64,000 nucleotides of DNA, taken from NCBI GenBank assembly GCA_050950825.1, contig JBMNIH010000003.1:128001-192000 (forward strand), read 5' to 3'. This document shows, piece by piece, positions 20,386-28,509 of the stretch. This stretch comes from Clostridia bacterium. Lineage in GTDB: Bacteria; Bacillota; Clostridia; JAAYHZ01. The translations under genes were made by a program, and so were the position numbers. The notes beneath the pieces are model-generated. The model searched no databases. It was not told the DNA's origin and saw only the letters and a program-made list of their open reading frames with translations. How positions within the stretch are numbered: the stretch's first letter is position 1; every line of letters starts with the position of its first letter.

Positions 20386-20871
20386 ATGTTTGCACAAAGA
20401 TTGTACCAATTGAGAATGGAAAAGGGGCTTTCCATGAAAAAAGCAGGCGAGTCCGTCGGCGTTTCGGACTCCGCATGGAATAAATACGAGAAAGAAAAGT
20501 CGGAGCCCTCTCTCGATATTTTGGTCAAAATCGCGGATTTTTTCGACGTGTCTACGGATTATCTTTTGGGAAACACCCACATACGAAAGCCGAATTTTTC
20601 AAACGAATGTTTCTTGCCTTCCGTCCCCGGTTCGGAAGCCTTCACCGCCTCCATGCAGGAAACCCTTCGTCTTTACAAAAACGAAAGCATCGACCGCTAT
20701 ACCTTGTCAACGCTTCTGGGTTTATTGACCAATGTCATGAACGCTTTCAACCGTATGGCGAAACGGGAACAAGAAAACCGCAAAGAAACCGGCGGGTTTC
20801 AATTGTACCAAAATGCGATTATGGATCTGATGAACGATTACGGAAATTTATACGAATCCTTAAGAGAATAA
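20386..20871 (+). CDS. XRE-family HTH regulator (paralog 2)
   Basis: LRMEKGLSMKKAGESVGVSDSAWNKYEK...IADFFDVSTDYLLG; collinear over its full length with 12547..13041. Confidence 0.9.
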   Translation: MFAQRLYQLRMEKGLSMKKAGESVGVSDSAWNKYEKEKSEPSLDILVKIADFFDVSTDYLLGNTHIRKPNFSNECFLPSVPGSEAFTASMQETLRLYKNESIDRYTLSTLLGLLTNVMNAFNRMAKREQENRKETGGFQLYQNAIMDLMNDYGNLYESLRE

Positions 20872-20882
20872 AGCCTTTTTGC

Positions 20883-21605
20883 CTATATCAAGTCGACGAA
20901 AATCGTTACGATTTCTTTATCGAACTGGGTTCCGGCATTCCTTAACACTTCGTCGATAGCCTCTTCTTTTTTCAAGGCTTTTCTGTAAACTCGATCGCTG
21001 GTCATGGCGTCATAGGCGTCCACCACCGCAATGATTCGAGATGCCAATGGAATTTGCTCCCCTTTCAAACCGATGGGGTAGCCTTTCCCGTCCCACCTTT
21101 CATGGTGGTACAGAATGTATTCGGCAATATGAGAAAACTCGTTGTAGTATTGTGCCAAACGGTATCCGATCTCCGGATGTTTTTTCATAACGTTCCACTC
21201 TTGCTCCGTCAGCTTACCCGGTTTTTTGAGTATGCGGTCGCTGATTCCGATCTTCCCGATATCGTGGAGAGCGGAAAGGAGAGCCAAGGAATCTAAAAAA
21301 TCTTCGTTCAGGTTCATTTTGGCCCCGATATTCCTTGATATGACCGTCATTCTTTCCGCATGCTCTTTGGTCTCTTGGTCCTTTTGGTACAACAGAGCCT
21401 TTAAGAAATGCTCCGTTGAATTCTTGCAGTTGTAGGCCGCACCCGCTTCGTATCGAACGGTCGCTTCGTGAACACGAAGAATTTCTTCCTTTATGGAGTT
21501 GTAATCGATCTCTTCTTTCGATATATCCTTTAATATGTTTTGAAGCTCCGAAATCCCGGCGTCGACCGTGATGATCTTCCGCCTATTGCTTATATGAAAC
21601 GTCAT
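20883..21605 (-). CDS. HD-GYP c-di-GMP phosphodiesterase 2
   Basis: LHDIGKIG, HHERWDGKGYP, VVDAYDAM; paralog of 19396..20166. Confidence 0.9.
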   Translation of the reverse strand: MTFHISNRRKIITVDAGISELQNILKDISKEEIDYNSIKEEILRVHEATVRYEAGAAYNCKNSTEHFLKALLYQKDQETKEHAERMTVISRNIGAKMNLNEDFLDSLALLSALHDIGKIGISDRILKKPGKLTEQEWNVMKKHPEIGYRLAQYYNEFSHIAEYILYHHERWDGKGYPIGLKGEQIPLASRIIAVVDAYDAMTSDRVYRKALKKEEAIDEVLRNAGTQFDKEIVTIFVDLI

Positions 21606-21652
21606 GGTCCCCTACCCGGTTGGTCTTTCGCAAATACAATTTATTATATAAT

Positions 21653-21679
21653 GTATCGAACGAATAGACGAAATCTTTA
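21653..21679 (-). promoter_or_regulatory. Sigma-28 promoter of HD-GYP 2
   Basis: TAAAGATT-N11-TTCGATAC. Confidence 0.65.
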
Positions 21680-21728
21680 GACTAAAAGCAAAAAAAATTT
21701 ATTATCAATGAACAAAAAAAGAGGATAT

Positions 21729-22517
21729 CTATTTTTCCTCTTCATAGTAGTATTTGTTGCTGTAGTAGTACCGGTAATAGCTTCCGGACTTTTGATCGAT
21801 TTTGGTCAGTACCACGCCTAGAATTTTGGCACCTACGTTGACCAATGCTTTTTTAGCGTTCATCGCCGCTTGGATATCCGTTTCCCCGGATGCAACCACA
21901 AGCAGTACGCCGTCCGAAATCTTCCCTACCAAGGACGCATCGGACAGCTGCGCCGAAGGCGGCGTGTCAATGATGACCATATCAAAAAAATCCTTAATTT
22001 GGTTTATAAGCTCTTGGAATTTGCGAGAAGACAACAACTCGGTAGGATTCGGGGGTATAAATCCGGCCGTTATTATCGACAAGTTCTTAATTTCCGGTAT
22101 CATTTTGGTATAGTTAAGAAGGGGCCGTTCGTCCGCATCGATGCGGCTTAATGCATTGGTTAATCCGATATCGTTGTGAATTCCGAAATAGCGGTGAATT
22201 CTCGGTTTTCTCAAATCGCAATCCACAAGGAGAACGCTTTTTTCCGCTTGGGCCATGGCAATTGCAAAATTGCATGCCGTTGAGGTTTTTCCATCGTTAG
22301 GCTCGGGGCTTGTAAAAACAATGGTCTTTAACGAGCGGTCAATACCTGAAAAACTTACATTGGTCCTTAAAATGCGAAAAGCCTCCGCTGCGGGAGATTT
22401 CGGATCTTTATATGCTATCAAGTTTGCGCTAAAATCCCTGTATCGGGAGCCTTCTTTTGTACTGTCATGCGCCAAATCTTTTACAATCCTTTTATCTTTT
22501 TCCTTAAATTCCAACAT
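21729..22517 (-). CDS. CpsD/CapB-family bacterial tyrosine kinase (BY-kinase)
   Basis: AEAFRILRTN, Walker A PNDGKT, A' VDCDLRKP, Walker B IIDTPP, C-terminal Tyr cluster YYRYYYSNKYYY. Confidence 0.93.
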   Translation of the reverse strand: MLEFKEKDKRIVKDLAHDSTKEGSRYRDFSANLIAYKDPKSPAAEAFRILRTNVSFSGIDRSLKTIVFTSPEPNDGKTSTACNFAIAMAQAEKSVLLVDCDLRKPRIHRYFGIHNDIGLTNALSRIDADERPLLNYTKMIPEIKNLSIITAGFIPPNPTELLSSRKFQELINQIKDFFDMVIIDTPPSAQLSDASLVGKISDGVLLVVASGETDIQAAMNAKKALVNVGAKILGVVLTKIDQKSGSYYRYYYSNKYYYEEEK

Positions 22518-22571
22518 ATTTCATACTTCTTCCGGACCTCACAATAATATTCATCATCTTCGGTCATTTTT

Positions 22572-22600
22572 ATAATACAACAAAAAAAACATCGGGACAA
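22572..22600 (-). promoter_or_regulatory. Proximal sigma-A promoter of the BY-kinase gene
   Basis: TTGTCC-N17-TATTAT. Confidence 0.5.
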
Positions 22601-22704
22601 TACCGAAATAACAAAATATTGGTATTTACGTTCAGATTTTCTAATCCATCCTACCCGATTCCGACGCGATGCTACCCTACCGGCTGTGTCTCCACAGCCG
22701 GCAT

Positions 22705-22729
22705 AAAAAAGCCGTTAAAAATCGGCTTT
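22705..22729 (-). terminator. Intrinsic terminator inside the BY-kinase upstream leader
   Basis: AAAGCCG-atttttaa-CGGCTTT running into a T tract on the minus strand. Confidence 0.65.
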
Positions 22730-22784
22730 AATAGGCGGGCGGCAACCGCAACAATCCATTCAGTCACCTAATATTTCTTTATAT

Positions 22785-22838
22785 GTGAGTAAATTTTCAC
22801 TCACCCCGTATCATACAGGAATCGACTTTTTGTGTCAA
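22785..22838 (-). promoter_or_regulatory. Strong sigma-A promoter with a palindromic operator over the start site
   Basis: TTGACA-N17-TATGAT (22838-22810); GTGAGT-N8-ACTCAC palindrome at 22785-22804. Confidence 0.75.
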
Positions 22839-22959
22839 TACATAATGTTTTTTTTCTTCCCGGAATAAAAAAAATATCGGATTTTTCATAATATTGAAAA
22901 TAAAGTGCAATAGGAAATTTCAGGAAACGTTATGATGACGACCTGCATTCTCGGACCGT

Positions 22960-23541
22960 TCAACACTTATCCAATACCTTCATTACGGCGGTTACAACGC
23001 TGTCCTTTAAAGAAAAGCGGTAACCGGATAATTTCCATCGAAGCATGCACCCTAAAAGGATTCCGTTGAGAATATTTAATAGCTCTTCAACGGAAAAGTC
23101 ACCGCCGATCTCCCCGGACATCTTGCCTTCTTGTATTAGATGCTCGACAAATTGCATCCTCTTGTTGGACATATCAAGAACGATAGGGGATGTATGAGGA
23201 TTGCATAAAAAGCCTTCCGTTTGGAGAAACACCCCCGCTAAGGGCGGGTAGCTGTCGTACATTCCTACAAAGGCTTCGATGTACAGTCGTATCTTCTCTT
23301 TGAAGGAGGCATCGATATTGATAATATTGCTCATAACATCCGTATCGGATCGGCATATGTAGTCCGCCACGCCGGCTAAGATATCATCTATGCCGGAAAA
23401 ATATTTGTACAGCAAAGACTCGGATATGTTTTGCTTTGCCGCTATTTTTTTGGTAGATAAGCCCTGCAAACCGTTTTCGTTGATCACGTCGATCGCCGCC
23501 AGCACAATGGCTTCTCTTCTGCAGGGGCATCCTTTTAACAT
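22960..23541 (-). CDS. TetR/AcrR-family regulator
   Basis: AAIDVINENGLQGLSTKKIAAKQNISESLLYKYF N-terminal HTH. Confidence 0.92.
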   Translation of the reverse strand: MLKGCPCRREAIVLAAIDVINENGLQGLSTKKIAAKQNISESLLYKYFSGIDDILAGVADYICRSDTDVMSNIINIDASFKEKIRLYIEAFVGMYDSYPPLAGVFLQTEGFLCNPHTSPIVLDMSNKRMQFVEHLIQEGKMSGEIGGDFSVEELLNILNGILLGCMLRWKLSGYRFSLKDSVVTAVMKVLDKC

Positions 23542-23567
23542 GTTACTTACAACCCTTCTTCCGGATA

Positions 23568-24461
23568 TTAAACCATTTTTTCTCCTACTATTCGATTTCG
23601 ACCTTGGTCTTTCGCAATGTACAATTTCTCGTCAACGTTCTTGATCATTTCCTCTGCCGTCATATCGAGGTCCGATACCGTTAAAACGCCTAAGGATGCG
23701 GTCACACGAATGTCGGTTCCGGACAAAGCGATTCTTTCCACCGCGGAACGGATCCTTTCCGCGATATGGCATCCTTCTTCGTAATCGACCCGGTTTAGGC
23801 AAATCAAAAACTCGTCTCCTCCGTATCGTGAAGCCCAATCGGTATTGAGCCGTATATTGCTGCGAATGGCTTCTCCTACGGAACGCAGTACATGATCTCC
23901 CGTGAGATGGCCGTGTTTATCGTTGAAATCCTTGAACCCGTCGATATCCAAAAAGATAAGGGTCAAGGGGTAGGATTTGGTTTTCGATCTCAAGATATCC
24001 ACCGGTAAGCGGTCCTCCACGTACCGTCGGTTGTACAATCCGGTTAACGAATCCTTTATTACCAAATCGTTTAATTGGCAGATGGTGCTGTGGAGGGTTT
24101 CGCTGAGCTTTCCCTCCTCGGCAATAAACATGCTATCGGTAACGTCCTTCATGCACTCCACCACCACCGGCCTGTCCGAATTATCCACCGGAATGGTTGT
24201 GAGCATATAGATTCGATCCAAGCTGTTCTCCAGCTTGATGTAGCTTTGGTTTTCTCTATAGGAGCGAATCGATACGCAGTTGTCGCAGAAAACGCTTTTA
24301 TTCCAAAAAGCGTAGCAGGGTATAACCTCTTTGCGTAATTCTTCCCCCGAGTAGTAAAGAACCTTTTTTTCCAAAGGATCCACCAATCTCACTCTGTCGT
24401 ACATTTTGCTAAAGTAGGATAAGTATTCGATCAGCTTTTCTATGGAAACAGATTTCTCCAT
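23568..24461 (-). CDS. Diguanylate cyclase (PAS-like/Cys-motif N-terminus plus GGDEF)
   Basis: DSLTGLYNRR, DIDGFKDFND..GH..GD, RYGGDEF; start reset to MEKSVS behind an AGGAG RBS; N-terminal CYAFW...CDNC motif. Confidence 0.9.
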   Translation of the reverse strand: MEKSVSIEKLIEYLSYFSKMYDRVRLVDPLEKKVLYYSGEELRKEVIPCYAFWNKSVFCDNCVSIRSYRENQSYIKLENSLDRIYMLTTIPVDNSDRPVVVECMKDVTDSMFIAEEGKLSETLHSTICQLNDLVIKDSLTGLYNRRYVEDRLPVDILRSKTKSYPLTLIFLDIDGFKDFNDKHGHLTGDHVLRSVGEAIRSNIRLNTDWASRYGGDEFLICLNRVDYEEGCHIAERIRSAVERIALSGTDIRVTASLGVLTVSDLDMTAEEMIKNVDEKLYIAKDQGRNRIVGEKMV

Positions 24462-24623
24462 ACTATTTCTCCTAATATTATAAATTATTAAATAATTTTC
24501 GAGATTTTTCTTTCTTTTATTTCCGCTTTTTTCGAAACATAGACCGAATACATTATAGCATTGGGATATCTCGTTGAAAAGAGGAAAGAGGAGTTTATCA
24601 AAAAAGGGGAATGCAAACAAATG

Positions 24624-24657
24624 GCTGCAGGTTCTTCTTTTTAAAAGACCTGCAGCC
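24624..24657 (-). terminator. Hairpin/terminator downstream of the heparinase-like gene
   Basis: GGCTGCAGGT...ACCTGCAGCC 10-bp inverted repeat. Confidence 0.55.
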
Positions 24658-24721
24658 CAAGGGTATGTACCGACAGGTAAGTTATTACTTTTGGCGTTGC
24701 CATATATTATATGTTCCCGAT

Positions 24722-27700
24722 TCAAATCGGTGCACGGTATGTGAAAACGGGATCAACGGAAAACAAAACGTCTCCTTCTCTGCAGAAAAAAGGATAAAAG
24801 GTCATAAAGGATTTGCCGTCCCGTATGATAAAGCCGGGGTCCGCATCCCCGATATCCAAAAGAAGCGTATCTTCCTTCGGATAAACGTCTTGAATCCGGA
24901 ATGCAAAGGTGGTGTGATCCGGAAAATGAACGATTACGGTTTGTCCCTTCAAATCCGGTGTTTTCATGAAAGGAACCTCGAAACCGTTTACCGAATCGTT
25001 TCGTGCCTTGGATAATACGTTTAGGATTTTTCCGCAAATTCTTTTGCTTTCCGCATAGACCTTATCCGATATTTTAACGGATGCTCCCAAGCACCGGATA
25101 ACCGCTTCCTTTCCTTCCGTTATCCTGACAAATCCCTGTTGTCCGCAAAATTCAATTCCCTCCACACAAGCCTTCAAATCCTCCCGGTATGCGCTGAATA
25201 CATAATCCGTAAAGCCTTCTCCTTCCACCTTCACGATCGCATCGAAGGGATGCGTTCCTTCCGAATGCAATCTTTCCGCCTTTACAATCCTTCCGACTTG
25301 TTTTTCATCGAAGGGCTCGATAACATGTACAAAAACCGATTCCAAGTCCTCTCCTTCTCTTCTTAACACAAGCTTGTCCATGGTATAAAGGTCGGCGGTG
25401 TCGTTGTGGTCCAAGTAAAAGCTTTGCCTTGTCAGCCGCATGGACGGAGCCTTACCGATATACAAGGTTCCGTCGGTTTTGACTCCGTGGATGATAAGGC
25501 CGCATCCTTTATGAGAGTCTTCCGTTAAGGCGGTAAGGATACGGTAAGGCTCGTCCCGAAGCCGGACAAACTTCACATCATGAACGTGCATGTAGGCATG
25601 GTAGTGGCCTTGTGCATTTCCTTTGTACAATTCCTCTTTCGGCTTTTCGTACCGAACCCCTTCGGGAAGCAGAGTCTTCGACGTACCGGTAAAACCGGGC
25701 ATACACTCCGTGGCCGTATCGTAATCGGCACAGAGGTTCAAAGCGTATTCGTGGCGGGATCCGCCTTTAACGCGGAAAATATCGAGTATGTAGCAGGAGG
25801 ACTCTTCCATAGGAATCAAAAGGGCTTCCCGATCGTAAACCTTCGTTTCTTCATAGCAGCGAGAATCTTCGATTCGTATCGCGCTTCCGTTTTTTCCTCC
25901 TTGGCAATACCTTAAGAAATTTCCTCCGAAAGTGTTTTTATCCGATTCGTTACCGTTTACCGTAACGGTATTGTGGGCCAAGGTGGAGGTCGTCCAAGCT
26001 CGGTTGTACGTATGGGTGTACCCGATATCCGGCAAAAGCTCCGCATTCTTTGCGTAGAGGTTGATATTCAAAGCATCCCAGTGATGGTGCCCGTATTTCG
26101 GAGAGTCGTACATCAGAAGCTGCACCGGATCTTGAGAGTCTTCATTGGTAATCCGTGCAATTTTTGCGGCCGGGAAAAGGAAGGGCTCGGATTCGCATCC
26201 TCTTTCTATGGCGTACGAGGAATGGGTGTCTTGTAGCCCCACGATGCGGCCGTCCGGATAGAGGAAAAGCTTGGATAGCTCTTGTGACTTTTTTAAAACG
26301 GGATAGAGATTCAAAAAGTCGTAGTTATCGATTCTCTCACCGCTTCCGGGATATCGATAGCCTTCCGGGTCGGAATACCCCTGCAGCATGGAAAGCGCTC
26401 GCAAAAGGCCTTTTGTTATGGCGGCATGGTAAGATACGGTAACCTCGTACCAAAAGCCGTCGGAAAAATAGAAGCGCTTGATAAACCGATCGATGCGCTC
26501 ACAAGCCATGTGAACGTATTCCGGCTTGTTCAGCGCTTTCCCGATTCGTATCAACCCGTCCCAAACGGCAAAGTCCATGTTGGTGTTTTGAATGCCGTAG
26601 GAAAAGCTAAAGTCCAAGCCTTCCTCGATCATGCTCCAAACCTCTTTTTCTACGTCCTTCCCGGATTCCTTGGACAATTGCTCGAAAGCGTCCGTTTTCA
26701 CCGCTTCCGCATAGGCTTCTACAAGCCCTGCAATCCGAGGCAGGTCGCTGTAAAACCATTCGCTCCAAAAGCCTCCGTAATACGGGTAGGGAGGTCCTTG
26801 GGTCAAGGCCATGGGGTATTTTACGCTGTAGTAGTTGTTATAGGGTTCGTAATAGGGGTACCGATCGGCAAGCTTCGCCAAAACCCGTGCCGCACCGGCA
26901 GGATCCTTTTTCGCCGTTTCGGGAAGCTTTTTGCAAAGATACGCCCTTTGGGCCGCCCACAAAGCCGCCGATAAAAAGCATTTGGTCCCGTTTGGCGCAA
27001 GGTAATAAGGGTAACCGATTTTTTTGCCGAATCGGGTGTAAAACTCGTATTGCTTATCTTCGGGAAAATCCGGATGGGGATATTCATCCTTTGTTTTTTG
27101 AGAGCGAATTTTATGAGGGCTTGAAAAATCGTATTCGAAAAGACCGTACGCCCGAAGCTCCGGGAATTTCGGATCGTGGGTATCCTCCATTCCCCCGTAG
27201 GGCGGAACGATGTCTTCTAAAGCTTTGGCTTCTTCACTGACAAGGGAGAAATCGACTTTTGCTTTCTCCTTCGGCTCCCCTTCTTCTTTTCGGTAATCCT
27301 TGATCAAATGCCTTCGGTCGATATAAAATAAAAATTCCTCCGAGCCTTTCACCGATTGCAGCTTGTAAAAGCCTTCTTCTTTTACGGGAGGATGGCAAAA
27401 AGAAATATGAATTCGGTCGTCTTTCTCTTCAAAGGAAGGACACAAGTCCGTCCTTTCCCCCGTTGGTGTTTCCCAGCAGAAGGAAAAATCGGGATCCAAA
27501 GACCCCTTGGGTACGGACAGCCTCCTTTGATTGAATCCTACGGTTTCGATCCTTGCGTTAAGCTCCGAAACGTGTTCATTCGGCCGGTCTACAAAACGTA
27601 TGTCGGCAAAGGCCTTCGGATTCTCGTTCAAGTATATGTACACTTTCCCCGCTTCGTCCTCGATAAAAAATCCGTGCCGTAACGGAAACAAGGACATCAC

Positions 27701-28183
27701 GGGACCGTTTTTCCAATCGATTCGAAACACATTGATTTGAAATCGGTTCCAATCCGTCTTCAATTCCTCTAAAGGAATCAAAACGAATGCCTTCGTCCCT
27801 TCGGAAGAGGCGGTAAAGGTTACGGAATGCTTCGGCTGCATCGATTGCTCCGTCGGATAAAAACCGAGATTCGTAATTGTCTCTCCTTCGTAGTTTACGG
27901 GGATTTTGTAAAGAAGGTCCGTATCTTGGGACCGGATGTAAACGACGTGGCTTTGCCGGAAAGGTTTTTCCAAGCCTTTTTCGTACAAAAGCTCCAAAAC
28001 CAAATGACGGTCCGTTTTCAGCATCTTCAGACGGTCTTTTACCTCCGCCTTTTCCCCGGAATACATCTTAAAGCTTATACCCAAGCTTGGAGAATCGTTC
28101 AGATCTTCCGGAACGGGGTCGCGGCCAAAAAGATCCTTTCGTTCAAGGCACCAAAAAGGTCCGGTAAAATGAGGAATCAACAT
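24722..28183 (-). CDS. Large heparinase II/III-like polysaccharide lyase (no signal peptide)
   Basis: DGFWYEVTVSYH, GHHHWDALNINLY...LLPDIGY, AHNTVTVNG motifs. Confidence 0.75.
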   Translation of the reverse strand: MLIPHFTGPFWCLERKDLFGRDPVPEDLNDSPSLGISFKMYSGEKAEVKDRLKMLKTDRHLVLELLYEKGLEKPFRQSHVVYIRSQDTDLLYKIPVNYEGETITNLGFYPTEQSMQPKHSVTFTASSEGTKAFVLIPLEELKTDWNRFQINVFRIDWKNGPVMSLFPLRHGFFIEDEAGKVYIYLNENPKAFADIRFVDRPNEHVSELNARIETVGFNQRRLSVPKGSLDPDFSFCWETPTGERTDLCPSFEEKDDRIHISFCHPPVKEEGFYKLQSVKGSEEFLFYIDRRHLIKDYRKEEGEPKEKAKVDFSLVSEEAKALEDIVPPYGGMEDTHDPKFPELRAYGLFEYDFSSPHKIRSQKTKDEYPHPDFPEDKQYEFYTRFGKKIGYPYYLAPNGTKCFLSAALWAAQRAYLCKKLPETAKKDPAGAARVLAKLADRYPYYEPYNNYYSVKYPMALTQGPPYPYYGGFWSEWFYSDLPRIAGLVEAYAEAVKTDAFEQLSKESGKDVEKEVWSMIEEGLDFSFSYGIQNTNMDFAVWDGLIRIGKALNKPEYVHMACERIDRFIKRFYFSDGFWYEVTVSYHAAITKGLLRALSMLQGYSDPEGYRYPGSGERIDNYDFLNLYPVLKKSQELSKLFLYPDGRIVGLQDTHSSYAIERGCESEPFLFPAAKIARITNEDSQDPVQLLMYDSPKYGHHHWDALNINLYAKNAELLPDIGYTHTYNRAWTTSTLAHNTVTVNGNESDKNTFGGNFLRYCQGGKNGSAIRIEDSRCYEETKVYDREALLIPMEESSCYILDIFRVKGGSRHEYALNLCADYDTATECMPGFTGTSKTLLPEGVRYEKPKEELYKGNAQGHYHAYMHVHDVKFVRLRDEPYRILTALTEDSHKGCGLIIHGVKTDGTLYIGKAPSMRLTRQSFYLDHNDTADLYTMDKLVLRREGEDLESVFVHVIEPFDEKQVGRIVKAERLHSEGTHPFDAIVKVEGEGFTDYVFSAYREDLKACVEGIEFCGQQGFVRITEGKEAVIRCLGASVKISDKVYAESKRICGKILNVLSKARNDSVNGFEVPFMKTPDLKGQTVIVHFPDHTTFAFRIQDVYPKEDTLLLDIGDADPGFIIRDGKSFMTFYPFFCREGDVLFSVDPVFTYRAPI

Positions 28184-28444
28184 ATCGGTATCCTCCTGAC
28201 ACAGTTGTCTTTTCCACCATTATGATTGAAATTTCGATTGTTAGCAACGAAAATCACAAAAAAAGAAAGCCGATGCGCTATTCCTAAAATAAAAGTAACT
28301 TATTGCATATGATTGGATATATATAAAGGAGGCCCATATATAAAAAGTTTAGTGCTTACGCTTTCATTTTACGGAACCTGTCGAAAAATACAATCATTCC
28401 GAAAGACATAAACCTTTTCTTTTTGTCCGGTTTTTATATATCAC

Positions 28445-28488
28445 AAAAGCCGCTTTAAAACCCTTCGGCTCGTAAAGCGGCTCCTTTT
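28445..28488 (-). terminator. Terminator of hcp
   Basis: AGCCGCTTTA...TAAAGCGGCT inverted repeat followed by a T run on the minus strand. Confidence 0.6.
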
Positions 28489-28509
28489 CTCGTTATTAAT
28501 CTAAATCCC

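Noticed and set aside
24462-24725. 88-aa N-terminal extension of the GGDEF ORF
   Set aside because: Spans a terminator hairpin and promoter; a good RBS precedes ATG 24461
28325-28457. AAAGGAGG followed by a ~40-codon open frame
   Set aside because: Only an ATA codon, too close to the SD; no homology evident
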